Assembly (NCBI GenBank): GCA_964016885.1
Contig: OZ024740.1
Span: 204,166,001-204,230,000, forward strand
DNA length: 64,000 nucleotides
Direction of reading: 5' to 3'
DNA from: Eledone cirrhosa
Taxonomy: Eukaryota
Positions 1 through 15,000 of the stretch are shown here, piece by piece (the first letter of the stretch is position 1; every line of letters starts with the position of its first letter). A program made the position numbers and the translations under genes. Below the pieces are notes generated by a model. The model did no database searches and was not told the DNA's origin. It saw only the letters and a list, made by a program, of their open reading frames with translations.

Positions 1-3000
1 ATATACTGGACAGTAGAGAGACGTTACACTATGTCCCCTACCATTGAATACCACTGTCAGGGTGTGTTGTATCTACAGATGTAAAGATATCTACTGGACA
101 GTAGATAGACGTTACACTATGTCCCCAACCATTCAATACCACTGTCTGGGTGTGTTGTATCTACAGATGTAGAGATATATACTGAACAGTAGAGAGACGT
201 TACACTATGTCCCCTACCATTCAATACCACTGTCAGGGTGTGTTGTATCTACAGGTATAGAGATATATACTGGATATTAGAGAGACGTTATACTATGTCC
301 CGTACCATTGAATACCACTGTCTGGGTGTGTTGTATCTACAAGTATAGAGATATATACTGGATAGTACCGAGACGTTACACTATGTCCCCTACCATTGAA
401 TACCACTGTCAGGGTGTGTTGTATCTACAGATATAGAGATATATACTGGACAGTAGAGAGACGTTACACTATGTCCCCTACCATTCAATACCACTGTCTG
501 GGTGTGTTGTATCTACAGATGTAGAGATATATACTGAACAGTAGAGAGACGTTAAACTATGTCCCCTACCATTCAATACCACTGTCAGGGTGTGTTGTAT
601 CTACAAGTATAGAGATATACACTGGACAGTAGAGAGACGTTACACTATGTCCCCTACCATTCAATACCACTGTCAGGGTGTGTTGTATCTACAGGTATAG
701 AGATATATACTGGAGAGTAGAGAGACGTTACACTATGTCCCCTACCATTGAATAGCACTGTCAGGGTGTGTTGTATCTACAGATATAGAGATATATACTG
801 GACAGTAGAGAGACGTTACACTATGTCCCCTACCATTGAATACCACTGTCTGGGTGTGTTGTATCTACAGATGTAGAGATATATACTGGACAGTAGAGAG
901 ACGTTACACTATGTCCCCTACCATTCAATACCACTGTCAGGGTGTGTTGTATCTACAGGTATAGAGATATATACTGGATAGTAGAGAGACGTTACAGTAT
1001 GTCCCGTACCATTGAATACCACTGTCAGGGTGTGTGGTATCTGCAGGTATAGAGATTTAAACTGGACAGTAGAGACACGTTACACTATGTCCCCTACCAT
1101 TCAATACCACTGTCAGGGTGTGTTGTATCTACAGATGTAGAGATATATACTGGTCAGTAGAGAGACGTTACACTATGTCCCCTACCATTGAATACCACTG
1201 TCAGGGTGTGTTGTATCTACAGGTATAGAGATATATACTGGACAGTAGAGAGACGTTACACTATGTCCCCTACCATTCAATACCACTGTCAGGGTGTGTT
1301 GTATCTACAGATATAGAGATATATACTGGACAGTAGAAAGACGTTACACTATGTCCCCTACCATTCAATACCACTGTCAGGGTGTGTTGTATCTACAGAT
1401 ATAGAGATATATACTGGACAGTAGAGAGACGTTACACTATGTCCCCTACCATTGAATACCACTGTCTGTGTGTGTTGTATCTACAAGTATAGAGATATAT
1501 ACTGGACAGTAGAGAGGCGTTACACTATGTCCCCTACCATTGAATACCACTGTCAGGGTGTGTTGTATCTACAAGTATAGAGATATACACTGGATAGTAG
1601 CGAGACGTTACACTATGTACCCTACCATCGAATACCACTGTCTGGGTGTGTTGTATCTACAGATGTAGAGTTATATACTGGACAGTAGAGAGATGTTACA
1701 CTATGTCCCCTACCATTGAATACCACTGTCAGGGTGTGTTGTATCTACAGATGTAAAGATATCTACTGGACAGTAGAGAGACGTTACACTATGTCCCCTA
1801 TCATTCAATACCACTGTCTGGGTGTGTTGTATCTACAGATGTAGAGATATATACTGAACAGTAGAGAGACGTTAAACTATGTCCCCTACCATTCAATACC
1901 ACTGTCAGGGTGTGTTGTATCTACAAGTATAGAGATATACACTGGACAGTAGAGAGACGTTACACTATGTCCCCTACCATTCAATACCACTGTCACTGGT
2001 GTGTTGTATCTACAGGTATAGAGATATATACTGGAGAGTAGAGAGACGTTACACTATGTCCCCTACCATTGAATAGCACTGTCAGGGTGTGTTTTATCTA
2101 CAGATGTAGAGATATATACTGGACAGTAGAGAGACGTTACACTATGTCCCCTACCATTGAATACCACTGTCAGGGTGTGTTATATCTACAGATGTAGAGG
2201 TATATACTGGGCAGTAGAGAGACGTTACACTATGTCCCCTACCATTGAATAGCACTGTCAGGGTGTGTTGTATCTACAGATATAGAGATATGTACTGGAC
2301 AGTAGAGAGACGTTACACTATGTCCCCTACCATTGAATACCACTGTCTGGGTGTGTTGTATCTACAGATGTAGAGATATATACTGGACAGTAGAGAGACG
2401 TTACACTATGTCCCCTACCATTCAATACCACTGTCAGGGTGTGTTGTATCTACAGGTATAGAGATATATACTGGATAGTAGAGAGACGTTACAGTATGTC
2501 CCGTACCATTGAATACCACTGTCAGGGTGTGTTGTATCTGCAGGTATAGAGATATAAACTGGACAGTAGAGACACGTTACACTATGTCCCCTACCATTGA
2601 ATACCACTGTCAGGGTGTGTTGTATCTACAGATGTAGAGATATATACTGGTCAGTAGAGAGACGTTACACTATGTCCCCTACCATTCAATACCACTGTCT
2701 GGGTGTGTTATATCTACAAGTATAGAGATATATACTGGATAGTACCGAGACGTTACACTATGTCCCCTACCATTTAATACCACTGTCAGGGTGTGTTGTA
2801 TCTACAGGTATAGAGATATATACTGGACAGTAGAGAGACGTTACACTATGTCCCCTACCATTGAATACCACTGTCAGGGTGTGTTGTATCTACAGGTATA
2901 GAGATATATACTGGACAGTAGAGAGACGTTACTCTATGTCCCCTACCATTGAATACCACTGTCAATGTGTGTTGTATCTTCAGATGTAGAGTTATATACT

Positions 3001-6000
3001 GGACAGTAGAGAGATCTTACACTATGTCCCCTACCATTGAATACCACTGTCAGGGTGTGTTGTATCTACAGATGTAGAGATATATACTGGACAGTAGAGG
3101 GGTTACACTATGTCCCCTACCATTGAATACCACTGTCAGGGTGTGTTGTATCTACAGATATAGAGATATATACTGGACAGTAGAGAGACGTTACACTATG
3201 TCCCCTAACATTGAATACCACTGTCAGGGTGTGTTGTATCTACAAATGTAGAGATATATACTGGTCAGTAGAGAGACGTTACACTATGTCCCCTAACATT
3301 GAATACGACTGTCAGGGTGTGTTGTATCTACAGGTATAGAGATATATACTTGACAGTAGAGACACGTTAAACTATGTCCCCTACCATTGAATACCACTGT
3401 CTGGGTGTGTTGTATCTACAAGTATAGACATATATACTGGACAGTAGAGAGACGTTACACTATGTCCCCTACCATGGAATACCACTGGCAGGGTGTGTTG
3501 TATCTACAGGTATAGAGATATATACTGGACAGTAGAGAGACGTTACACTATGTCCCCTACCATTGAATACCACTGTCAGGGTGTGTTGTATCTACAGATA
3601 TAGAGATATATACTGGACAGTAGAAAGACGTTACACTATGTCCCTACCATTGAATACCACTGTCAGGGTGTGTTGTATCTACAGATGTAGAGATATATAC
3701 TGGACAGTAGTGAGACGTTACACTATGTCCCCTACCATTGAATACCGCTGTCAGGGTGTGTTGTATCTACAGATGTAGAAATATATACTGGACAGTAGAG
3801 AGACGTTACACTATGTCCCCTACCATCGAATACCACTGTCAGGGTGTGTTGTATCTACAAATTTAAAGATATACACTGGACAGTAAAGAGACGTTACACT
3901 ATGTCCACTACCATTCAATACCACTGTCATGGTGTGTTGTATCTACAGGTATAGAGATATAAACTGGACAGTAGAGAGACGTTACACTATGTCCCCTACC
4001 ATAAAATACCACTGTCAGGGTGTGTTGTATCTACAGATATAGAGATATATACTGCATAGTAGAGAGACGTTACACTATGTCCCCTACCATTGAATACCAC
4101 TGTCAGGGTGTCTTGTATCTACAGGTATAGAGATATATACTGGACAGTAGAGAGACGTTACACTATGTCCCCTACCATTGAATACCACTGTCAGGGTGTC
4201 TTGTATCTACAGGTATAGAGATATATACTGGACAGTAGAGAGACGTTACACTATGTCCCCTACCATTGAATACCACTGTCTGGGTGTGTTGTATCTACAG
4301 ATATAGAGATATACACTGGACAGTAGAGTGACGTTACACTATGTCCTCTACCATTCAATACCACTGTCAGGGTGTGTTGTATCTACAGATGTAGAGATAT
4401 ATACTGGACAGTAGAGAGACGTTACACTATGTCCTCTACCATTGAATACCACTGTCTGGGTGTGTTGTATCTACAGATATAGAGATATACACTGGACAGT
4501 AGAGTGACGTTACACTATGTCCCCTACCATAAAATACCACTGTCAGGGTGTGTTGTATCTACAGATATAGAGATATATACTGGACAGTAGAGAGACGTTA
4601 CACTATGTCCCCCACCATTGAATACCACTGTCAGGGTGTGTTGTATCTACAGGTATAGAGATATATACTGGACAGTAGAGAGACGTTACACTATGTCCCC
4701 TACCATTGAATACCACTGTCAGGGTGTGTGGTATCTACAGGTATAGAGATATATACTGGACAGTAGAGAGACGTTACACTATGTCCCCTACCATTGAATA
4801 CCACTGTCAGGGTGTGTTGTATCTACAGGTATAGAGATATATACTGGACAGTAGAGAGACGTTACACTATGTCCCCTACCATTGAATACCACTGTCAGGG
4901 TGTGTTGTATCTACAGATGTAAAGATATCTACTGGACAGTAGAGAGACGTTACACTATGTCCCCAACCATTCAATACCACTGTCTGGGTGTGTTGTATCT
5001 ACAGATGTAGAGATATATACTGAACAGTAGAGAGACGTTACACTATGTCCCCTACCATTCAATACCACTGTCAGGGTGTGTTGTATCTACAGGTATAGAG
5101 ATATATACTGGATATTAGAGAGACGTTACACTATGTCCCGTACCATTGAATACCACTGTCTGGGTGTGTTGTATCTACAAGTATAGAGATATATACTGGA
5201 TAGTACCGAGACGTTACACTATGTCCCCTACCATTGAATACCACTGTCAGGGTGTGTTGTATCTACAGATATAGAGATATATACTGGACAGTAGAAAGAC
5301 GTTACACTATGTCCCCTACCATTCAATACCACTGTCAGGGTGTGTTGTATCTACAGATATAGAGATATATACTGGACAGTAGAGAGACGTTACACTATGT
5401 CCCCTACCATTGAATACCACTGTCTGTGTGTGTTGTATCTACAAGTATAGAGATATATACTGGACAGTAGAGAGGCGTTACACTATATCCCCTACCATTG
5501 AATACCACTGTCAGGGTGTGTTGTATCTACAAGTATAGAGATATACACTGGATAGTAGCGAGACGTTACACTATGTACCCTACCATCGAATACCACTGTC
5601 TGGGTGTGTTGTATCTACAGATGTAGAGTTATATACTGGACAGTAGAGAGATGTTACACTATGTCCCCTACCATTGAATACCACTGTCAGGGTGTGTTGT
5701 ATCTACAGATGTAAAGATATCTACTGGACAGTAGAGAGACGTTACACTATGTCCCCTACCATTCAATACCACTGTCTGGGTGTGTTGTATCTACAGATGT
5801 AGAGATATATACTGAACAGTAGAGAGACGTTAAACTATGTCCCCTACCATTCAATACCACTGTCAGGGTGTGTTGTATCTACAAGTATAGAGATATACAC
5901 TGGACAGTAGAGAGACGTTACACTATGTCCCCTACCATTCAATACCACTGTCAGGGTGTGTTGTATCTACAGGTATAGAGATATATACTGGACAGTAGAG

Positions 6001-9000
6001 AGACGTTACACTATGTCCCCTAACATTGAATACGACTGTCTGGGTGTGTTGTATCTACAGATGTAGAGATATATACTGGACAGTAGAGAGACGTTACACT
6101 ATGTCCCCTACCATTCAATACCACTGTCAGGGTGTGTTGTATCTACAGATGTAAAGATATCTACTGGACAGTAGAGAGACGTTACACTATGTCCCCTACC
6201 ATTCAATACCACTGTCTGGGTGTGTTGTATCTACAGATGTAGAGATATATACTGAACAGTAGAGAGACGTTAAACTATGTCCCCTACCATTCAATACCAC
6301 TGTCAGGGTGTGTTGTATCTACAAGTATAGAGATATACACTGGACAGTAGAGAGACGTTACACTATGTCCCCTACCATTCAATACCACTGTCAGGGTGTG
6401 TTGTATCTACAGGTATAGAGATATATACTGGACAGTAGAGAGACGTTACACTATGTCCCCTAACATTGAATACGACTGTCTGGGTGTGTTGTATCTACAG
6501 ATGTAGAGATATATACTGGACAGTAGAGAGACGTTACACTATGTCCCCTACCATTCAATACCACTGTCAGGGTGTGTTGTATCTACAGGTATAGAGATAT
6601 ATACTGGATAGTAGAGAGACGTTACAGTATGTCCCGTACCATTGAATACCACTGTCAGGGTGTGTTGTATCTACAGGTATAGAGATATAAACTGGACAGT
6701 AGAGACACGTTACACTATGTCCCCTACCATTCAATACCACTGTCAGGGTGTGTTGTATCTACAGATGTAGAGATATATACTGGTCAGTAGAGAGACGTTA
6801 CACTATGTCCCCTACCATTGAATACCACTGTCAGGGTGTGTTGTATCTACAGATATAGAGATATATACTGGACAGTAGAAAGACGTTACACTATGTCCCT
6901 ACCATTGAATACCACTGTCAGGGTGTGTTGTATCTACAGATATAGAGATATATACTGGACAGTAGAGAGACGTTACACTATGTCCTCTACCATTGAATAC
7001 CGCTGTCAGGGTGTGTTGTATCTACAGATGTAGAAATATATACTGGACAGTAGAGAGACGTTACACTATGTCCCCTACCATGGAATACCACTGTCAGGGT
7101 GTGTTGTATCTACAGGTATAGAGATATATACTGGGCAGTAGAGAGACGTTACACTATGTCCCCTACCATTGAATACCACTGTCTGGGTGTGTTGTATCTA
7201 CAAATTTAAAGATATACACTGGACAGTAAAGAGACGTTACACTATGTCCACTACCATTCAATACCACTGTCATGGTGTGTTGTATCTACAGGTATAGAGA
7301 TATACACTGGACAGTAGAGAGACGTTACACTATGTCCCCTACCATAAAATACCACTGTCAGGGTGTGTTGTATCTACAGATATAGAGATATACACTGGAC
7401 AGTAGAGTGACGTTACACTATGTCCTCTAACATTCAATACCACTGTCTGGGTGTGTTGTATCTACAGATATAGAGATATACACTGGACAGTAGAGTGACG
7501 TTACACTATGTCCCCTACCATAAAATACCACTGTCAGGGTGTGTAGTATCTACAGATATAGAGATATATACTGGACAGTAGAGAGACGTTACACTATGTC
7601 CCCTAACATTGAATACCACTGTCATGGTGTGTTGTATCTACAAGTATAGAGATATACACTGGACAGTAGAGAGACGTTACACTATGTCCCCTACCATTGA
7701 ATACCATTGTCAGGGTGTGTTGTATCTACAGATGTAGAGATATATACTGGACAGTAGAGGGGTTAAACTATGTCCCCTACCATTGAATACCACTGTCAGG
7801 GTGTGTTGTATCTACAGATATAGAGATATATACTGGACAGTAGAGAGACGTTACACTATGTCCCCTACCATTGAATACCACTGTCTGGGTGTGTTGTATC
7901 TTCAGATGTAGAGATATATACTGGACAGTAGAGAGACGTTACACTATGTCCCCTAACATTCAATACCACTGTCAGGGTGTGTTTTATCTACAGGTATAGA
8001 GATATATACTGGATAGTAGAGAGACGTTAGACTATGTCCCCTACCATTGAATACCACTGTCAGGGTGTGTGGTATCTACAGGTATAGAGATATATACTGG
8101 ACAGTAGAGAGACGTTACACTATGTCCCCTACCATTGAATACCACTGTCAGGGTGTGTTGTATCTACAGGTATAGAGATATATACTGGACAGTAGAGAGA
8201 CGTTACACTATGTCCCCTACCATTGAATACCACTGTCAGGGTGTGTTGTATCTACAGATGTAGAGATATATACTGGACAGTAGAGAGACGTTACAATATG
8301 TCCCCTACCATTGAATACCACTGTCTGGGTGTGTTGTATCTACAGATGTAGAGATATATACTGGACAGTAGAGAGATGTTACACTATGTCCCCTACCATT
8401 GAATACCACTGTCAGGGTGTGTTGTATCTACAGATGTAAAGATATCTACTGGACAGTAGAGAGACGTTACACTATGTCCCCAACCATTCAATACCACTGT
8501 CTGGGTGTGTTGTATCTACAGATGTAGAGATATATACTGAACAGTAGAGAGACGTTACACTATGTCCCCTACCATTCAATACCACAGTCAGGGTGTGTTG
8601 TATCTACAGGTATAGAGATATATACTGCATATTAGAGAGACGTTACACTATGTCCCGTACCATTGAATACCACTGTCTGGGTGTGTTGTATCTACAAGTA
8701 TAGAGATATATACTGGATAGTACCGAGACGTTACACTATGTCCCCTACCATTGAATACCACTGTCAGGGTGTGTTGTATCTACAGATATAGAGATATATA
8801 CTGGACAGTAGAAAGACGTTACACTATGTCCCCTACCATTCAATACCACTGTCAGGGTGTGTTGTATCTACAGATATAGAGATATATACTGGACAGTAGA
8901 GAGACGTTACACTATGTCCCCTAACATTCAATACCACTGTCAGGGTGTGTTTTATCTACAGGTATAGAGATATATACTGGATAGTAGAGAGACGTTAGAC

Positions 9001-12000
9001 TATGTCCCCTACCATTGAATACCACTGTCAGGGTGTGTGGTATCTACAGGTATAGAGATATATACTGGACAGTAGAGAGACGTTACACTATGTCCCCTAC
9101 CATTGAATACCACTGTCAGGATGTGTTGTATCTACAGGTATAGAGATATATACTGGACAGTAGAGAGACGTTACACTATGTCCCCTACCATTGAATACCA
9201 CTGTCAGGGTGTGTTGTATCTACAGATGTAAAGATATCTACTGGACAGTAGAGAGACGTTACACTAAGTCCCCAACCATTCAATACCACTGTCTGGGTGT
9301 GTTGTATCTACAGATGTAGAGATATATACTGAACAGTAGAGAGACGTTACACTATGTCCCCTACCATTCAATACCACAGTCAGGGTGTGTTGTATCTACA
9401 GGTATAGAGATATATACTGGATATTAGAGAGACGTTACACTATGTCCCGTACCATTGAATACCACTGTCTGGGTGTGTTGTATCTACAAGTATAGAGATA
9501 TATACTGGATAGTACCGAGACGTTACACTATGTCCCCTACCATTGAATACCACTGTCAGGGTGTGTTGTATCTACAGATATAGAGATATATACTGGACAG
9601 TAGAAAGACGTTACACTATGTCCCCTACCATTCAATACCACTGTCAGGGTGTGTTGTATCTACAGATATAGAGATATATACTGGACAGTAGAGAGACGTT
9701 ACACTATGTCCCCTACCATTGAATACCACTGTCTGTGTGTGTTGTATCTACAAGTATAGAGATATATACTGGACAGTAGAGAGGCGTTACACTATGTCCC
9801 CTACCATTGAATACCACTGTCAGGGTGTGTTGTATCTACAGATGTGCGAAATATACTGGACAGTAGAGAGACGTGACACTATGACCCCTACCATTGAATA
9901 CCACTGTCAGGGTGTGTTGTATCTACAAGTATAGAGATATACACTGGATAGTAGCGAGACGTTACACTATGTACCCTACCATCGAATACCACTGTCAGGG
10001 TGTGTTGTATCTACAGATGTGCGAAATATACTGGACAGTAGAGAGATGGTACACTATGTCCCCTACCATTGAATACCACTGTCAGGGTGTGTTGTATCTA
10101 CAGATGTAAAGATATCTACTGGACAGTAGAGAGACGTTACACTATGTCCCCTACCATTCAATACCACTGTCTGGGTGTGTTGTATCTACAGATGTAGAGA
10201 TATATACTGAACAGTAGAGAGACGTTAAACTATGTCCCCTACCATTCAATACCACTGTCAGGGTGTGTTGTATCTACAAGTATAGAGATATACACTGGAC
10301 AGTAGAGAGACGTTACACTATGTCCCCTACCATTGAATACCATTGTCAGGGTGTGTTGTATCTACAGATGTAGAGATATATACTGGACAGTAGAGGGGTT
10401 AAACTATGTCCCCTACCATTGAATACCACTGTCAGGGTGTGTTGTATCTACAGATATAGAGATATATACTGGACAGTAGAGAGACGTTACACTATGTCCC
10501 CTACCATTGAATACCACTGTCTGGGTGTGTTGTATCTTCAGATGTAGAGATATATACTGGACAGTAGAGAGACGTTACACTATGTCCCCTAACATTCAAT
10601 ACCACTGTCAGGGTGTGTTTTATCTACAGGTATAGAGATATATACTGGATAGTAGAGAGACGTTAGACTATGTCCCCTACCATTGAATACCACTGTCAGG
10701 GTGTGTGGTATCTACAGGTATAGAGATATATACTGGACAGTAGAGAGACGTTACACTATGTCCCCTACCATTGAATACCATTGGCAGGGTGTGTTGTATC
10801 TACAGATGTAGAGATATATACTGGACAGTAGAGGGGTTAAACTATGTCCCCTACCATTGAATACCACTGTCAGGGTGTGTTGTATCTACAGATATAGAGA
10901 TATATACTGGACAGTAGAGAGACGTTACACTATGTCCCCTACCATTGAATACCACTGTCTGGGTGTGTTGTATCTTCAGATGTAGAGATATATACTGGAC
11001 AGTAGAGAGACGTTACACTATGTCCCCTATCATTCAATACCACTGTCAGGGTGTGTTTTATCTACAGGTATAGAGATATATACTGGATAGTAGAGAGACG
11101 TTAGACTATGTCCCCTACCATTGAATACCACTGTCAGGGTGTGTGGTATCTACAGGTATAGAGATATATACTGGACAGTAGAGAGACGTTACACTATGTC
11201 CCCTACCATTGAATACCATTGGCAGGGTGTGTTGTATCTACAGATGTAGAGATATATACTGGACAGTAGAGGGGTTAAACTATGTCCCCTACCATTGAAT
11301 ACCACTGTCAGGGTGTGTTGTATCTACAGATATAGAGATATATACTGGACAGTAGAGAGACGTTACACTATGTCCCCTACCATTGAATACCACTGTCTGG
11401 GTGTGTTGTATCTTCAGATGTAGAGATATATACTGGACAGTAGAGAGACGTTACACTATGTCCCCTACCATTGAATACCACTGTCAGGGTGTGTTGTATC
11501 TACAGGTATAGAGATATATACTGGACAGTAGAGAGACGTTACACTATGTCCCCTACCATTGAATACCACTGTCAGGGTGTGTTGTATCTACAGATGTAAA
11601 GATATCTATTGGACAGTAGAGAGACGTTACACTATGTCCCCAACCATTCAATACCACTGTCTGGGTGTGTTGTATCTACAGATGTAGAGATATATACTGA
11701 ACAGTAGAGAGACGTTATACTATGTCCCCTACCATTCAATACCACTGTCAGGGTGTGTTGTATCTACAGGTATAGAGATATATACTGGATATTAGAGAGA
11801 CGTTACACTATGTCCCGTACCATTGAATACCACTGTCTGGGTGTGTTGTATCTACAAGTATAGAGATATATACTGGATAGTACCGAGACGTTACACTATG
11901 TCCCCTACCATTGAATACCACTGTCAGGGTGTGTTGTATCTACAGATATAGAGATATATACTGGACAGTAGAAAGACGTTACACTATGTCCCCTACCATT

Positions 12001-15000
12001 CAATACCACTGTCAGGGTGTGTTGTATCTACAATATAGAGATATATACTGGACAGTAGAGAGACGTTACACTATGTCCCCTACCATTGAATAGCACTGTC
12101 AGGGTGTGTTTTATCTACAGATGTAGAGATATATACTGGACAGTAGAGAGACGTTACACTATGTCCCCTACCATTAAATACCACTGTCAGGGTGTGTTAT
12201 ATCTACAGATGTAGAGATATATACTGGGCAGTAGAGAGACGTTACACTATGTCCCCTACCATTGAATACCACTGTCAGGGTGTGTTGTATCTACAGATAT
12301 AGAGATATAAACTGGACAGTAGAGACACGTTACACTATGTCCCCTACCATTCAATACCACTGTCAGGGTGTGTTGTATCTACAGATGTAGAGATATATAC
12401 TGGTCAGTAGAGAGACGTTACACTATGTCCCCTACCATTCAATACCACTGTCTGGGTGTGTTATATCTACAAGTATAGAGATATATACTGGATAGTACCG
12501 AGACGTTACACTATGTCCCCTACCATTTAATACCACTGTCAGGGTGTGTTGTATCTACAGGTATAGAGATATATACTGGACAGTAGAGAGATCTTACACT
12601 ATGTCCCCTACCATTGAATACCACTGTCAGGGTGTCTTGTATCTACAGATGTAGAGATATATACTGGACAGTAGAGGGGTTACACTATGTCCCCTACCAT
12701 TGAATACCACTGTCAGGGTGTGTTGTATCTACAGATATAGAGATATATACTGGACAGTAGAGAGACGTTACACTATGTCCCCTAACATTGAATACGACTG
12801 TCAGGGTGTGTTGTATCTACAGGTATAGAGATATATACTTGACAGTAGAGACACGTTAAACTATGTCCCCTACCATTGAATACCACTGTCTGGGTGTGTT
12901 GTATCTACAAGTATAGACATATATACTGGACAGTAGAGAGACGTTACACTATGTCCCCTACCATGGAATACCACTGTCAGGGTGTGTTGTATCTACAGGT
13001 ATAGAGATATGTACTGGACAGTAGAGAGACGTTACACTATGTCCCCTACCATTGAATACCACTGTCAGGGTGTGTTGTATCTACAGATATAGAGATATAT
13101 ACTGGACAGTAGAAAGACGTTACACTATGTCCCTACCATTGAATACCACTGTCAGGGTGTGTTGTATCTACAGATGTAGAGATATATACTGGACAGTAGT
13201 GAGACGTTACACTATGTCCCCTACCATTGAATACCGCTGTCAGGGTGTGTTGTATCTACAGATGTAGAAATATATACTGGACAGTAGAGAGACGTTACAC
13301 TATGTCCCCTACCATGGAATACCACTGTCAGGGTGTGTTGTATCTACAGGTATAGAGATATATACTGGGCAGTAGAGAGACGTTACACTATGTCCCCTAC
13401 CATTGAATACCACTGTCAGGGTGTGTTGTATCTACAAATTTAGAGATATACACTGGACAGTAAAGAGACGTTACACTATGTCCCCTACCATTCAATACCA
13501 CTGTCATGGTGTGTTGTATCTACAGGTATAGAGATATACACTGCACAGTAGAGAGACGTTACACTATGTCCCCTACCATAAAATACCACTGTCAGGGTGT
13601 GTTGTATCTACAGATATAGAGATATATACTGGACAGTAGAGAGACGTTACACTATGTCCCCTACCATTGAATACCACTGTCTGGGTGTGTTGTATCTTCA
13701 GATGTAGAGATATATACTGGACAGTAGAGAGACGTTACACTATGTCCCCTAACATTCAATACCACTGTCAGGGTGTGTTTTATCTACAGGTATAGAGATA
13801 TATACTGGATAGTAGAGAGACGTTACACTATGTCCCCTACCATTGAATACCACTGTCAGGGTGTGTGGTATCTACAGGTATAGAGATATATACTGGACAG
13901 TAGAGAGACGTTACACTATGTCCCCTACCATTGAATACCACTGTCAGGGTGTGTTGTATCTACAGGTATAGAGATATATACTGGACAGTAGAGAGACGTT
14001 ACACTATGTCCCCTACCATTGAATACCACTGTCAGGGTGTGTTGTATCTACAGATGTAGAGATATATACTGGACAGTAGAGAGACGTTACACTATGTCCC
14101 CTACCATTGAATACCACTGTCTGAGTGTGTTGTATCTACAGACATAGAGATATATACTGGACAGTAGAGAGATGTTACACTATGTCCCCTACCATTGAAT
14201 ACCACTGTCAGGGTGTGTTGTATCTACAGATGTAAAGATATATACTGGACAGTAGAGAGACGTTACACTATGTCCCCAACCATTCAATACCACTGTCTGG
14301 GTGTGTTGTATCTACAGATGTAGAGATATATACTGAACAGTAGAGAGACGTTACACTATGTCCCCTACCATTCAATACCACTGTCAGGGTGTGTTGTATC
14401 TACAGGTATAGAGATATATACTGGATATTAGAGAGACGTTACACTATGTCCCGTACCATTGAATACCACTGTCTGGGTGTGTTGTATCTACAAGTATAGA
14501 GATATATACTGGATAGTACCGAGACGTTACACTATGTCCCCTACCATTGAATACCACTGTCAGGGTGTGTTGTATCTACAGATATAGAGATATATACTGG
14601 ACAGTAGAAAGACGTTACACTATGTCCCCTACCATTCAAATACCACTGTCAGGGTGTGTTGTATCTACAGATATAGAGATATATACTGGACAGTAGAGAA
14701 ACGTTACACTATGTCCCCTACCATTGAATACCACTGTCTGTGTGTGTTGTATCTACAAGTATAGAGATATATACTGGACAGTAGAGAGGCGTTACAATAT
14801 GTCCCCTACCATTGAATACCACTGTCAGGGTGTGTTGTATCTACAGATGTGCGAAATATACTGGACAGTAGAGAGACGTGACACTATGACCCCTACCATT
14901 GAATACAACTGTCAGGGTGTGTTGTATCTACAAGTATAGAGATATACACTGGATAGTAGCGAGACGTTACACTATGTACCCTACCATCGAATACCACTGT

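Noticed and set aside
1-88. Satellite monomer as a hammerhead-containing (newt/schistosome-type) satellite
   Set aside because: Neither strand has CUGANGA plus GAAA; the closest match is CUGACAG.
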